Shown here: in pieces, positions 39,288-49,040 of the stretch
How the letters are laid out: each line of letters begins with the position of its first letter
Position numbering within the stretch: position 1 is the stretch's first letter
Assembly (NCBI GenBank): GCA_963692865.2
Contig: OY843592.1
Location: 2,016,001 to 2,080,000, forward strand
Origin: a bacterium
GTDB lineage: Bacteria > UBA8248
Direction: 5' to 3'
DNA length: 64,000 bases
Made by a program: the position numbers and the translations under genes
The notes under the pieces: model-generated
Told to the model about the DNA's origin: nothing
The model's database searches: none
What the model saw: the letters and a program-made list of their open reading frames with translations, nothing else

Positions 39288-40214
39288 ATGTATACGATCT
39301 CCAAAGTCGATCTTGCGGGCGCATTCGCCAGGGAGTTCCTTGACGCACCGGTTGAAGCGGGAATCATCGGCGTGTTTCGCAGAAGTTTGTATGTGGAGAA
39401 TGCTTCCGGGCGGCTCGCGTGCGTCGGGGAGGGGGGAATCGGGCCGGGGCCGTTGAATGCGCTTTGTGAATTCCCGGACGACGTTGATTTCACGCAATAC
39501 CTGGAACCGGGAAGCCCTGCCGAAGTCCGGGATGGCTGGATGCGGCTCGGCCCCCGGATGAGAGTCGATGTATCCCGCCCGATGGCATGGGAGCCTGAGC
39601 CGATTCCGGTCGGGTGGGATTTGGCGTTTTTTCTGGAAAATCTCCCGTTTCTCGCTCAATGGATAGCCGGGACGGGGCCTCGGGAAGGCCTGGCCCCGCT
39701 CATCGCGCAGGTTGTGAGCGGCGGGGAAATTGCGAGTGAGGACGCGTTTCAAAAAATCTCCCGAGAGGGAATCGCAGATTTCGCTCATTGGCTGTCGGAT
39801 TCGCTCAATGGTGAGGGAAATCATGAAATTCCCGCCGCCGCCCGCAGGCTGGTAGGCCTCGGTCATGGGCTCACGCCGTCGGGGGACGATTTCTGGTGCG
39901 GCGCGATGTTGGCGTTGCGCGCGCTGGGCTTCACGGACATCCTGGAAAGAGTCTCAGGCGCCGTCTTGAAACAGGCGGGAGAGCGGACGAACAAGATCAG
40001 TCGCGCGCACCTGGAGTGCGCGGCGGCGGGGCAGGGAGCGCAGGCCCTGCATGAAACGATTTCGGCGGTGGGGGTGAGGGATGAAGCGCGTTTGCGTTCC
40101 GCCTTGCGCGCGCTGGACGGGATAGGGCATACCTCGGGCCGGGATTCCCTGGCCGGCGTCGTGCGCGTTATGGTTTCGGCGGCGGCGCAGAGGAACCACC
40201 GTGTTTTGGCATGA
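39288..40214 (+). CDS. DUF2877 (YahE/AllH-like) protein
   Basis: LVGLGHGLTPSGDDF..G, TNKIS, GHTSGRD motifs. Confidence 0.82.
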   Translation: MYTISKVDLAGAFAREFLDAPVEAGIIGVFRRSLYVENASGRLACVGEGGIGPGPLNALCEFPDDVDFTQYLEPGSPAEVRDGWMRLGPRMRVDVSRPMAWEPEPIPVGWDLAFFLENLPFLAQWIAGTGPREGLAPLIAQVVSGGEIASEDAFQKISREGIADFAHWLSDSLNGEGNHEIPAAARRLVGLGHGLTPSGDDFWCGAMLALRALGFTDILERVSGAVLKQAGERTNKISRAHLECAAAGQGAQALHETISAVGVRDEARLRSALRALDGIGHTSGRDSLAGVVRVMVSAAAQRNHRVLA

Positions 40215-40233
40215 ACTTCCTGGAGCGTGATTC

Positions 40234-41109
40234 ATGAGCAGGGTGGCCGTGTTGGGAGTCGGCGCCATCGGCGGCGTGTTCGGGGTCCGGCTGTGCCGGT
40301 TGGAGAGGCACGACGTTACGCTGTGCGTGCGCAGGCCCATCGAGGAGCTCGTGGTGGAGACGCCTGATTCCGTCATCGAATCCAAGGTGAAGTGCGTCAC
40401 CTCTCCCTCGGAGGCGGGCCCCGTCGACTGCGTTCTCCTGGCGGTCAAGGGGCACCAGGTGCCCGACGTCGCGGGTTGGCTGGAGGCGCTGGTTGGGGAC
40501 GATACCATCATCGCCGTTCTGCAGAACGGCGTGGAGCACAGAGAGCGCGTGGCGCCTTACGCCGGGGGGGCGGAGGTCGTTCCCGTCGTGGTGAACTGTC
40601 CGGCGGACAGGCTGGCGCCCGGCCATGTGGCGCAGCAGGGAGGCGCCCGGCTCGTTCCCGAAGACGGCCCCGGCGCGAGATTTCTCGCCGCGCTGTACGA
40701 GGGAACGGACGTGCCCGTGAAGCCGACTCCCGACTTCACGACCGCCTCGTGGGCGAAGTTGTGCAACAACGTCGGCGCGGGCCCCGCCACCGCGCTCACG
40801 GACAGGGGCAGGGGCGTGCTGCGCGAGCCGGGCGTCGCCGAGTTTTGCCGGGGACTCGTGCGCGAATGCGCCGCCGTGGGAAGGGCCGAGGGCGCGGAAC
40901 TGGCCGATGACGTCGCCGAGCGGACGGTCGAACGCTTGCAGGACGCCGACCCCGAGGCGACCACCTCCATGCTCGTCGACAGGCGCGCCGGACGCCCCGT
41001 CGAGGCGGACGTCATGACGGGCGCGGTCGTTCGAATCGGCGCCGGACACGGCATCCCCACGCCCCTGACTACGGCGGCGGATGCGCTGCTGCGCGCCGCG
41101 AACGCCTGA
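40234..41109 (+). CDS. 2-dehydropantoate 2-reductase family protein
   Basis: GVGAIG, LAVK, LQNGV, WAKLCNN, SMLVD...E. Confidence 0.88.
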   Translation: MSRVAVLGVGAIGGVFGVRLCRLERHDVTLCVRRPIEELVVETPDSVIESKVKCVTSPSEAGPVDCVLLAVKGHQVPDVAGWLEALVGDDTIIAVLQNGVEHRERVAPYAGGAEVVPVVVNCPADRLAPGHVAQQGGARLVPEDGPGARFLAALYEGTDVPVKPTPDFTTASWAKLCNNVGAGPATALTDRGRGVLREPGVAEFCRGLVRECAAVGRAEGAELADDVAERTVERLQDADPEATTSMLVDRRAGRPVEADVMTGAVVRIGAGHGIPTPLTTAADALLRAANA

Positions 41110-41178
41110 CCTCCCGCCCGCGAAAAGGGCGATTTTTCTCATAACCATATATATATCAATAAGATAAATTTTCAGTTT

Positions 41179-42353
41179 TTTACCGAAAAACATCGTGAAT
41201 TTATACATATTTATCCAATTTTTCAGGAATTCCGAATCCACCGTTTTCCTCCCGCCCCGGGGCCGTTGCGCCGCCTCGCTCCCGTCCGCGGGAAAAGACG
41301 GCTTGTGAGGTTCGGCCCGCATCGGGTCTTCCCCCTGAGAGGGCCGCCGGGACGACGCCCCGGCGGGAGAGAATCCGCCCGCTCCGCCTCCGTGGAGGGG
41401 CCGGACGCCTCGCCACCATACCGGAACGCCCGCCCGGCGCGGGAAGCGCAAATGCGGGGAAATGCGCGCGAGGTCGAACACGGCCCGGAAGGGAGGTCCG
41501 CCCCTGCATTCGTCATTCGAGGGGGCGCACAGGGACTGCATACGGAGTTGTTGAAAAAGCCTCCCGGCGGGGTAAAGGCGCCCCCCCTGCCCCCCCCCTT
41601 GCCAGGGGTCAAACGCGAGTGAGGAGAGGCTGTTGGAAAAACCCTCTCCGCCTCACCCTGATTAGCGGCGAAGCCGCGTATCGAAGGGCGAAGTCCGCGC
41701 CTGCGGGTGTCAAACACGATTGATGAATGGGTGTCTGACGCGACCGAGAAGGGAGCGATTGCTCGGGATGACGCGCCCGACGGGCGCCCCCCCTCCTCGG
41801 TCGGGATTGGTCCGTAGGGGTCGCATATCATGCGACCCGGCCTTTTTTCGCCTCTCCGGCGACGGGCCGCATATTATGTCGGACATATATGTCCGACATA
41901 CAAAACCAACCCCCGACAAGGCGGCCAGAGCAGGTTGCTCCCATGGGATTTTCCCGTCAATGGGGCTTTTTCAACGGCCCGGACAAGGGGGGGTAGGGGG
42001 GGGATTTTGCGGCGGCGGCCTTTTTTCCGTCATTCCGGCGTCGGAACCGACCGAGGAGGGAGGTCGAACCCGATTGATGAATGAGGGTTCGTCGGAATCC
42101 ATTTTACGCCTTTTGCCTCTCGTCGGGGTTCTCGCGCATCGGCGGGGAAGAAAACGCCGCCGTTCATTCACTCGCATCCGCAAATGGATTCCGGCTTTCG
42201 CCGGAATGACGGCGGCGGTCCATTCCGGGGGAGGAGGGGGTGTTGAAAAAGCCTCACAGAGGGAGCGCACCGAATTTCACTCCCCCCTTGAGGGGGTTGT
42301 TGAAAAAACCGGACAGAGACAATTTGTTTGTAGGTCAGACATATATGTCTGAC
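41179..42353 (-). repeat. Long inverted repeat, copy B (~1.18 kb)
   Basis: Reverse complement of 26095-27285. Confidence 0.95.
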
Positions 42354-42459
42354 CTACAAACCTCTGCGAAACGAAACGCAGGGGCGGACCTGTGTGTCCG
42401 CTCGACACCGGAACAGGGTCTTTCAACAACCCTGACAAGGGGGGTAGGGGGGCTCTCTT

Positions 42460-43843
42460 GAGTTACGTTCAGAAGTTGTGTATGGGCTGAATTGAAGAAG
42501 GCGGCGCATCCTGCTGAAATAGGGTTTGCTAAATAGCCCGGTCATTCAGCACAAGGAGATGCGCCACCATGAGAGAAGATACGACGCTACCCTTTCGGAG
42601 TCCAGCGTTGCGCGACGAGTTGAGCGAACTGGTTCGCGCGGGCGCGCAGCGAATCATCCGCCAGGCGGTGGAGGCGGAGTTGGCGGCCTTTCTGGAAGAA
42701 CACGCCGATCACGACGCGCGGGGCCACCGCGCGGTGGTGCGCAACGGCTACCTGCCGTCGCGGGAGGTATTGACGGGAGTGGGTCCGGTGCGCGTCCGGG
42801 TTCCGCGGACGCGCGACAGGTCGGGTACGGGGCGGCGTTTCCGCTCGGAGCTTTTGCCGCCGTATCTGCGCAAGACGAGGCGCGTGGAGGCGGTGATACC
42901 GTGGCTGTACCTGAAGGGGGTATCGACGAACGACTTCGGCGAGGCGCTCACGGCGCTGTTCGGCGCGTCGGTGGGGGGTTTGTCCCCGGCGAGCGTTTCG
43001 CGGCTCAAGGAGGGTTGGGAGCGCGAGTACGCCGCGTGGCGCGAGCGGGACTGGGGTGTCGAGGAGTTCGTGTATCTGTGGGTGGACGGCATCTACATGA
43101 ACGTGCGCAGCGGGGAGCGGCGTTGTCTTCTGGTGGTCGTGGGCTGCGATGCGCGCGGCCGCAAGCGCTTCGTGGCCCTGGAACCGGGCTTCCGGGAATC
43201 GAAGGAGAGCTGGAAGGCGGTTTTGTTGCGCCTGCGGGAGCGGGGGGTGAAGGCGGCGAAGCCGGCGGTGGGCGACGGGGGGCTGGGATTCTGGTCGGCC
43301 CTGGCCGAGGTGTACCCCGAGACCCGGGCGCAGCGCTGCTGGGTTCACAAGACGGCGAACGTTCTCGACAAGCTGCCCAAAAGCGTTCAGAGCGAAGCGA
43401 GGCCGATGTTGTACGAGATGTGGGGGGCCGACACCCGCGCGCGGGCAGAGAGCGCGCTCGCACGCTTCTGCGCCACCTGGGAGGCGAAGTACCCCAAGGC
43501 CGTCGATTGCCTGGCGCGGGACCGAGAGGAGTTGTTCGCCTTCTACGACTTCCCGGCGTCGCACTGGCGGAGCATTCGGACGACGAACCCCATCGAGGCG
43601 ACCTTCGCCACCATCCGGCTGCGCACGGCGAAGACGCGGAACTGCCTGAGCGAGAAGTCGGCGCTGAGCCTCGCGCATCAACTCGCCATGAGCGCCGAGA
43701 AAAGGTGGGGGCGGCTGGGCGGCGTGCGTCATCTGGCGAATGTGGTCACCGACGTGAGGTTCGTCGATGGGGTGAGCGAAAAAGAAACCGGCAGGGAGGC
43801 CGCCGGACTCAGGACGGCCATACACAACATTTGACAGTAACTC
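42460..43843 (+). mobile_element. IS256-family insertion sequence, complete
   Basis: 26-bp imperfect TIRs (GAGTTACGTTCAGAAGTTGTGTATGG / CCATACACAACATTTGACAGTAACTC, 22/26 by hand); 9-bp target duplication GGCTCTCTT at 42451-59 and 43844-52. Confidence 0.95.
42569..43834 (+). CDS. IS256-family DDE transposase
   Basis: RNGY, WVDG, VGDG, QRCWVH, RTTNPIE. Confidence 0.95.
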   Translation: MREDTTLPFRSPALRDELSELVRAGAQRIIRQAVEAELAAFLEEHADHDARGHRAVVRNGYLPSREVLTGVGPVRVRVPRTRDRSGTGRRFRSELLPPYLRKTRRVEAVIPWLYLKGVSTNDFGEALTALFGASVGGLSPASVSRLKEGWEREYAAWRERDWGVEEFVYLWVDGIYMNVRSGERRCLLVVVGCDARGRKRFVALEPGFRESKESWKAVLLRLRERGVKAAKPAVGDGGLGFWSALAEVYPETRAQRCWVHKTANVLDKLPKSVQSEARPMLYEMWGADTRARAESALARFCATWEAKYPKAVDCLARDREELFAFYDFPASHWRSIRTTNPIEATFATIRLRTAKTRNCLSEKSALSLAHQLAMSAEKRWGRLGGVRHLANVVTDVRFVDGVSEKETGREAAGLRTAIHNI

Positions 43844-43852
43844 GGCTCTCTT

Positions 43853-43994
43853 TGTCAGGGGGCAACAGCGATGCCCTTCGACGAGGACTTTTTCAACAAC
43901 CCCTCATCAGTCGAGATTTTCCTCGGCGGGGGGTTGAAATGCCGCTTGTAGGGACAGGCCCCCGCGCGTGTCCAAGGTCGCGACCTGTCCCTAC
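43853..43994. repeat. Remainder of repeat cassette interrupted by IS256, plus REP
   Basis: TGTCAGGG hairpin arm, GGACTTTTTCAACAACCCC end, GTAGGGACAGG...CCTGTCCCTAC. Confidence 0.78.
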
Positions 43995-44010
43995 GGAGAG
44001 AGTCCTCCGC

Positions 44011-44595
44011 TCACGCCTTCCAGGCTTCCGGCGGGGCCGCCGCGTCGCGCGGGTGGCCGTCTCGCGAGAGGCGATCCCGGAACCACTCCTCGTTCACCCG
44101 GTTCGTGTAGGGGTCCATGACGGCCATGTCGCAGAATATCTCGATGCAGTTGCCCGAGGGGTCCGCGATGTAGAGCGCGTGGTTCTCGCCCCAGAAGCCG
44201 TCGCCCTCGGGGTGCGTGGGGCTATGGATGGAGGGCCCCCAGAAAATTTCGATATCTTTTTCTTCCAGCCAGGACGCCCATTCCGCGAGTTGCGTCCGGT
44301 CTTCCACCTCGAACGCGATGTGGTGCAGGCCCGTCTGCAGGGAGAAGAAGGAGCGCTCCTCGGGCGGAGCGGGGCCTTCGCCCTCGGGCCAGAAGATGAG
44401 GTTCATGTCGTGGTGAAGCTCCGTGCACCGCATGAAGCAGAGCCCGAAGGGGAAATCGCCCACCGTGCCCGGCTCGAATATCTCCGAGATGGTGAAGCCC
44501 AGCGTGTTCACGTAAAAATCCTTGGCCGCCTCGATGTCGTGCACCTTGACGGCGGCGTGTTGGAGCCGCGTGAAGCCCCCGGATGGTCTCGGCAT
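44011..44595 (-). CDS. VOC family protein (extradiol dioxygenase/glyoxalase-like)
   Basis: LQHAAVKV, HHD, GLHHIAFEV, YIADPSGNCIE. Confidence 0.85.
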   Translation of the reverse strand: MPRPSGGFTRLQHAAVKVHDIEAAKDFYVNTLGFTISEIFEPGTVGDFPFGLCFMRCTELHHDMNLIFWPEGEGPAPPEERSFFSLQTGLHHIAFEVEDRTQLAEWASWLEEKDIEIFWGPSIHSPTHPEGDGFWGENHALYIADPSGNCIEIFCDMAVMDPYTNRVNEEWFRDRLSRDGHPRDAAAPPEAWKA

Positions 44596-44631
44596 GTGAA
44601 TTTCTCCTCCGTTCCTGTGAGTCGATGATAA

Positions 44632-45765
44632 TCAGTCGATGCAGGCCCATGAATCCCTGCCCAGGTCCCCCAGGCCCTCGCAGCCGTCCTCGGTGACGGC
44701 GACGGCGTCTTCAATCTTCACGTGGCCGACTTGCGCGTGGCGGATGTCGCACTCCACCGACACCACCATGCCCGCCTCTAAAGCGCGCTCCACATCGGGG
44801 CCGAAGCGCGGGAGTTCCTGTTGCACCATGCCGATGCCGTGCGCCTCGAAAACGCCTAAATCGGCGAAGCCCGTATCCGCGAACGCCTGGTGCCCCCGCT
44901 CGTGAACGGAGGCGCAGCTCGCCCCGGCGCGAATGGCGTCCCGGCAGGCGTCTACCGAGTGGAGACAGGCTTTATGCAATTCCTCGGCCAGGGCGGAGGG
45001 TTCGCCGCGCACCCCCATCCGGCAGATGTCGGACATGTAGCCCGCCTCGGAGCCGCCCGCGTCGATGTGGAGTATTTCTCCTCGCTCCCATATTTTATCG
45101 GACGGCTCGCGCCGCATGCCCGGCCCCGCCGCGGTGAAGGCGTAGTGGAAATGAAGGCCGCGCCGCACCATTTCCTCCTCCACCCTTCGCTCGATCCGCC
45201 GGGTCGTTACGCCGCGCGCGCCCTCCTGGAAGCCGGCCTGTATGGCTTCAGAATCCGCAAGCGCCGCGCGCCGGAATATCTCCAGTTCGTCCTCCCGCTT
45301 CACGGCGCGTAGTTCTTCCAGGATGGAGAGGGAATCGACGAACCGCGCGCCGGGGAGTTCGCTCTGGAGCGCCTCCATCGCGTCCACGGGCAGGAAGGCG
45401 CGCTCGACGGCGATGGTTCCTTTATCGAGGCCGCGCTTCCTGACGGCCTCGGCGGCCGTTTCCGCAGCGCCGACGGTTCCCCGCGCCTTCGTGTAGATGA
45501 CGTCGGGTATCCAGGTGTCCACCTCGTTTCGGGGCGACGCCTCGACGCGCCAAGCCACCTGAAAGGCGTTTTCGGGGTTTTCCCGCGGGATCCCCGCGAA
45601 GGGGAGGTACTGGCTCGGCCCGATGGCGGCCACCCGCTCGCGGAAGTGGAAGTAGTAGCCGCCCGTCAGGTAGCGGACGTTGTGGGGCGTGTGCGCGAGT
45701 ATGAGGTCGACGCCCGCCTCTTCCATCAGGCGCGCGAGTTTTTCCTCGTCGTACAGGGGCCGCAT
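44632..45765 (-). CDS. M24 (Xaa-Pro peptidase/creatinase-like) hydrolase, paralog 2
   Basis: RAVK...E, HIDAGG..SDICR, HGIG, SVE, KIED. Confidence 0.88.
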   Translation of the reverse strand: MRPLYDEEKLARLMEEAGVDLILAHTPHNVRYLTGGYYFHFRERVAAIGPSQYLPFAGIPRENPENAFQVAWRVEASPRNEVDTWIPDVIYTKARGTVGAAETAAEAVRKRGLDKGTIAVERAFLPVDAMEALQSELPGARFVDSLSILEELRAVKREDELEIFRRAALADSEAIQAGFQEGARGVTTRRIERRVEEEMVRRGLHFHYAFTAAGPGMRREPSDKIWERGEILHIDAGGSEAGYMSDICRMGVRGEPSALAEELHKACLHSVDACRDAIRAGASCASVHERGHQAFADTGFADLGVFEAHGIGMVQQELPRFGPDVERALEAGMVVSVECDIRHAQVGHVKIEDAVAVTEDGCEGLGDLGRDSWACID

Positions 45766-46895
45766 CAGTCGACGACCACCCAGTCCTCACGCCCCAGGTC
45801 GCCCAGGGGCTCGTAGCCGTCCGACGTCACCGCCACGGCGTCCTCGACCTTCACGTAGCCCACCTCGGGGTGGCGGATGTCGGTCTCGATGGACACCACC
45901 ATGCCTTCTTCGAGCGCTCTCTCCACGCCGGGGCCGAAATAGGGCTGTTCGTGCGAGACCATGCCGATGCCGTGGATGATGAAGTTGCCGTACGCGCCGT
46001 GCTCGGTGTTCTTGAGATACGCCGCGCCCTTCTCGTATATGTCGCCGCACACCGCGCCCGGACGAATCTCCGCGCGCACGTAGTCCTGCGTTCCCAGGCA
46101 CGCCTTGTAGAGCTCGTCCGCCAGCGGCGTGGGCTCGCCGCGCACGCCCATGCGGCAGATGTCCGTCAGGTAGTCGGATTCCGAGCCGCCGGCGTCCAGG
46201 TGCAGCACCTCTCCTTTTTCCCACACCTTCTCGGAGGGGGCGCGCAGCATGCCCGGCCCCGCGCAGGCGAAGACCCACAGGAAGTGCAGGCCCCTGTCCG
46301 TCATGCCGCGCTCCACGGCGTGGGCGACGTCGCGCGTCGTGGCGCCGGGCGCCGCCGTCTCGAACGCCTCGCGGATGGCTTCCGCGTCCGCCTGGGAGAT
46401 GCGTCGGTAGATATCGATCTCCTCGGGCGTCTTGATGGCGCGAAGCTCCTCCAGGATCGGCAGCGCCTCCGTGAACGCCGCGTTCGGCAGCGCGCGCATG
46501 AGCGCGTCCTTGGCGGAGGAGGGGAGAAAGTTCTCCTCCACGGCGATGGTCCCGCCCCCCAGCCCGCGTTCCGCGATGGCGTCCGCGGCGTCCGCGGCGG
46601 CTTGCGCCGGCGTCCTCTGCGAGGGGATGAGTTCGGGTATCCAGAGGTTCTGGTCCTGCGCCTGGCCGAGTTCGCCGCTCCCGCCGATCAGGAACGCCTT
46701 CCCGGCGTCGCCGCGCGGGATGCCCGCCAGCGCCATGTACTGGCCGCGCCCCATGGACGTGAACCTCTCGTGAAAATGGAAGTAGTAGCCGCCGCACAAG
46801 TAACGCACGTTCTCGCGCGAGTTCGCGAGAACGAGGTCGACGCCCGCGTCCTGCATGAGGCGGTCCAGTTTTTCACCGTCATAGGGTGGCTGCAT
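45765..46895 (-). CDS. M24 (Xaa-Pro peptidase/creatinase-like) hydrolase, paralog 1
   Basis: Start MQPPYD; HLDAGG..TDICR, HGIG..SHE, SIE, KVED; the ORF-track N-terminal extension is repeat DNA. Confidence 0.88.
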   Translation of the reverse strand: MQPPYDGEKLDRLMQDAGVDLVLANSRENVRYLCGGYYFHFHERFTSMGRGQYMALAGIPRGDAGKAFLIGGSGELGQAQDQNLWIPELIPSQRTPAQAAADAADAIAERGLGGGTIAVEENFLPSSAKDALMRALPNAAFTEALPILEELRAIKTPEEIDIYRRISQADAEAIREAFETAAPGATTRDVAHAVERGMTDRGLHFLWVFACAGPGMLRAPSEKVWEKGEVLHLDAGGSESDYLTDICRMGVRGEPTPLADELYKACLGTQDYVRAEIRPGAVCGDIYEKGAAYLKNTEHGAYGNFIIHGIGMVSHEQPYFGPGVERALEEGMVVSIETDIRHPEVGYVKVEDAVAVTSDGYEPLGDLGREDWVVVD

Positions 46896-47026
46896 GGAAA
46901 ATCCTCCAATCCTTGTTCGCCCGGAGGCATCTGAAACAGTGGTTTGTCGTATCGCTTCATCCTCGCCCAGAACAGGGCGAGGGTCAATCCGAAACCCCGT
47001 GAAATCGAACGCCGCGCCGCCCGGTT

Positions 47027-47596
47027 CGGGGTTTTTGAAAAGGCCCTGATTTCGTGATTCGGCGAATGGAGCCAACCTGAGAGGGGGTTTGTAGGGACAG
47101 GCCCCCGTGCCTGTCCGAGATCGTGACCTGTCCGATGCCCCCGCGCCTGTCCCTGCGAAGCCAACCACGGGGATGGACATATCCGATACGGGCGGCCACG
47201 GAGGGTAGGGCGGCCCTAGGTCGAACTCCCCTCTTCGGGAAGTTCGACGCCCTGCTACGGGTGAATGCGGTTTTGATCGTCATTCCGGCGAAAGCCGGAA
47301 TCCATTTTTACGCCTTTTGCCTTTCGTCAGGATTCCCGCGCATCGGCGGGGAGTGAAACGCCGTCGTTCATTCACACGCATCCGCAAATGGATTCCGGCT
47401 TTCGCCGGAATGACGGCGGTGGTCAATTCCGAGCGAGGAGGGGGATGTTTGTAGGTAGCGCTCCCAAGAAGGGAGCGCTACAAATATGCGGCCCATGACG
47501 GGTGGCGAAAAAGGCCGGGTCGCATATATGTCGGACATATATGTCCGACATACACACAAACAATTTTTTTCTCTTCCGAGTTTTTCAACAACCCCG
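47027..47596. repeat. Mosaic repeat cassette
   Basis: GTTTTTGAAAAGG left, GTTTTTCAACAACCCC right; REP, GTCATTCCGGC and CATATATG modules. Confidence 0.85.
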
Positions 47597-47609
47597 AATC
47601 ATAGCGATT

Positions 47610-48632
47610 TCAAGCGGTTAGGCCGAGTTCTTTTTTCTTCGCCTCCACGTCGATTCCGAAGAGCCGGGCCTGGTTCTCGCCCAGAATGTTTCGCTTGTCC
47701 TGCTCCGTGATGGGAGGATAGCCGTATCGTTCCTGGAGTTCCTCGTCGATCTCCATCTCCCAGAACCACTCGATCATCGGCTGGGGATTGCCGAGCAGGG
47801 GCGCTTCCGAACCCCAGAGGATTCTGTCGGAGCCCACGTCCCGAAGCAGCCTGCCCATGTATTCCTTGAACTGCCAGGGCGCGATGAGGGGCAGGTGCAT
47901 CGTGCCCGAGAGGACGAGCGCGACGTTCTCGAAGCGTGCGGCGATGTATACGCATTCCTCGAAGTAGGGGAGCGCGAGGTGGTGGATGGCGAAGGTGAGG
48001 TCGGGGAAATCCATCGCCGCCTGCTGGATGTCGAGCGGGGTCAGGTCTTCGAGCCGCGCGCGCGTGATGGGAAAGCCCTTGTGGTACTGGAACACGTTGA
48101 TTCCCAGCTCGCGTCCTCGCTCGTATATGGGATAGGCGAGTTCGGGGTCGTCGCATCGCCAGGAATTCCCGTCGATGTGGGCGTTGTAGAATTTCACCGA
48201 GCGCGCGCCCATTTCCGTGACCTGGCGCTCCAGTTCCTCGAGCGCGCCCTGCACGCTCGGATACTTGGGGTCCACCCCGCCGCAGAACAGGACGCGATCC
48301 GGATTCGCGCATGCGAATTCGTATTGCGCCTGAATGGGGGAGAAGCCCTCCTTGTAGACGTCGTAGAGCACGACGGCCTGCGCCATCGCCATGTCGGTCC
48401 CGGAATCCTCGAAGACCAGCTTGCCGAGCTCGCGCGAAGTCCACTTTTTGGCGAACCCGCCGATGGGGTCTCCGCCCGCGTAGAGGTCCTCCTGGCCCCC
48501 GGGGCGTCTTCCCTTGCCGATGCGCAGGTGCCAGAGGCGATCGAGGCCGCTGTCCGGGCGGGCGAGGTTCTCGTCCGACAGGTCGTACATGTGCACCACG
48601 TTGTCGAATACGAAGACGTCGCCGTTCAGCAT
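47610..48632 (-). CDS. Amidohydrolase_2 family protein
   Basis: FDNVVH, YHKG, IHHLALP, WGSEAP; C-terminus resembles 19122-20279 (IDEELQE.YGYP.IT..DK). Confidence 0.87.
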   Translation of the reverse strand: MLNGDVFVFDNVVHMYDLSDENLARPDSGLDRLWHLRIGKGRRPGGQEDLYAGGDPIGGFAKKWTSRELGKLVFEDSGTDMAMAQAVVLYDVYKEGFSPIQAQYEFACANPDRVLFCGGVDPKYPSVQGALEELERQVTEMGARSVKFYNAHIDGNSWRCDDPELAYPIYERGRELGINVFQYHKGFPITRARLEDLTPLDIQQAAMDFPDLTFAIHHLALPYFEECVYIAARFENVALVLSGTMHLPLIAPWQFKEYMGRLLRDVGSDRILWGSEAPLLGNPQPMIEWFWEMEIDEELQERYGYPPITEQDKRNILGENQARLFGIDVEAKKKELGLTA

Positions 48633-48649
48633 TTGCGCATCCCTTCTAA

Positions 48650-48829
48650 GAGGTTGTTGAAAGAGCCGGATAGGAAAAATTAGTTTGTGTGTAGGTCGGA
48701 CATATATGCGACCCTGAATTTTTTCATTTTTCACCCACTACACGGGCCGCATATATGCGGCCCCTACAACAACCGCCCCTTCCCGGTTATGCGAAACACT
48801 CGTTCACTAGGGCTTCTTCAACTAGCCCC
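48650..48829. repeat. Short repeat cassette
   Basis: GGTTGTTGAAAGAG left; GTAGGTCGGACATATATG / GCATATATGCGGCCCCTAC pair; degenerate right end. Confidence 0.75.
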
Positions 48830-49040
48830 TCGGGTGGGTTTGCCGGTGAATCGTGCTAATTCCAAGCCTAAAATATCGCAAAAATCGCCGATAAGCCACG
48901 GGGTGGAGCAGGCTCCGATCCAAAAAAGAGGATTTTCCCGAATGCGGTTGACCATGCGCGCATGAATCTATACATTGCCACCCGGTTAGACGAATCAACC
49001 CTCTTGACATTGAGATTATTTGCTTTTGGGGGAGCAATTG

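Noticed and set aside
40168-41541. 457 aa ORF starting in long-repeat copy B
   Set aside because: Chimeric frame of repeat DNA plus antisense of the ketopantoate reductase gene; the equivalent frame in copy A stops at 27297
46896-47180. N-terminal extensions in the ORF track for M24 (47180), amidohydrolase (48734), ABC ATPase (55030) and VOC (4537)
   Set aside because: Extensions run through repeat cassettes or the opposite gene; downstream starts fit family length and RBS better
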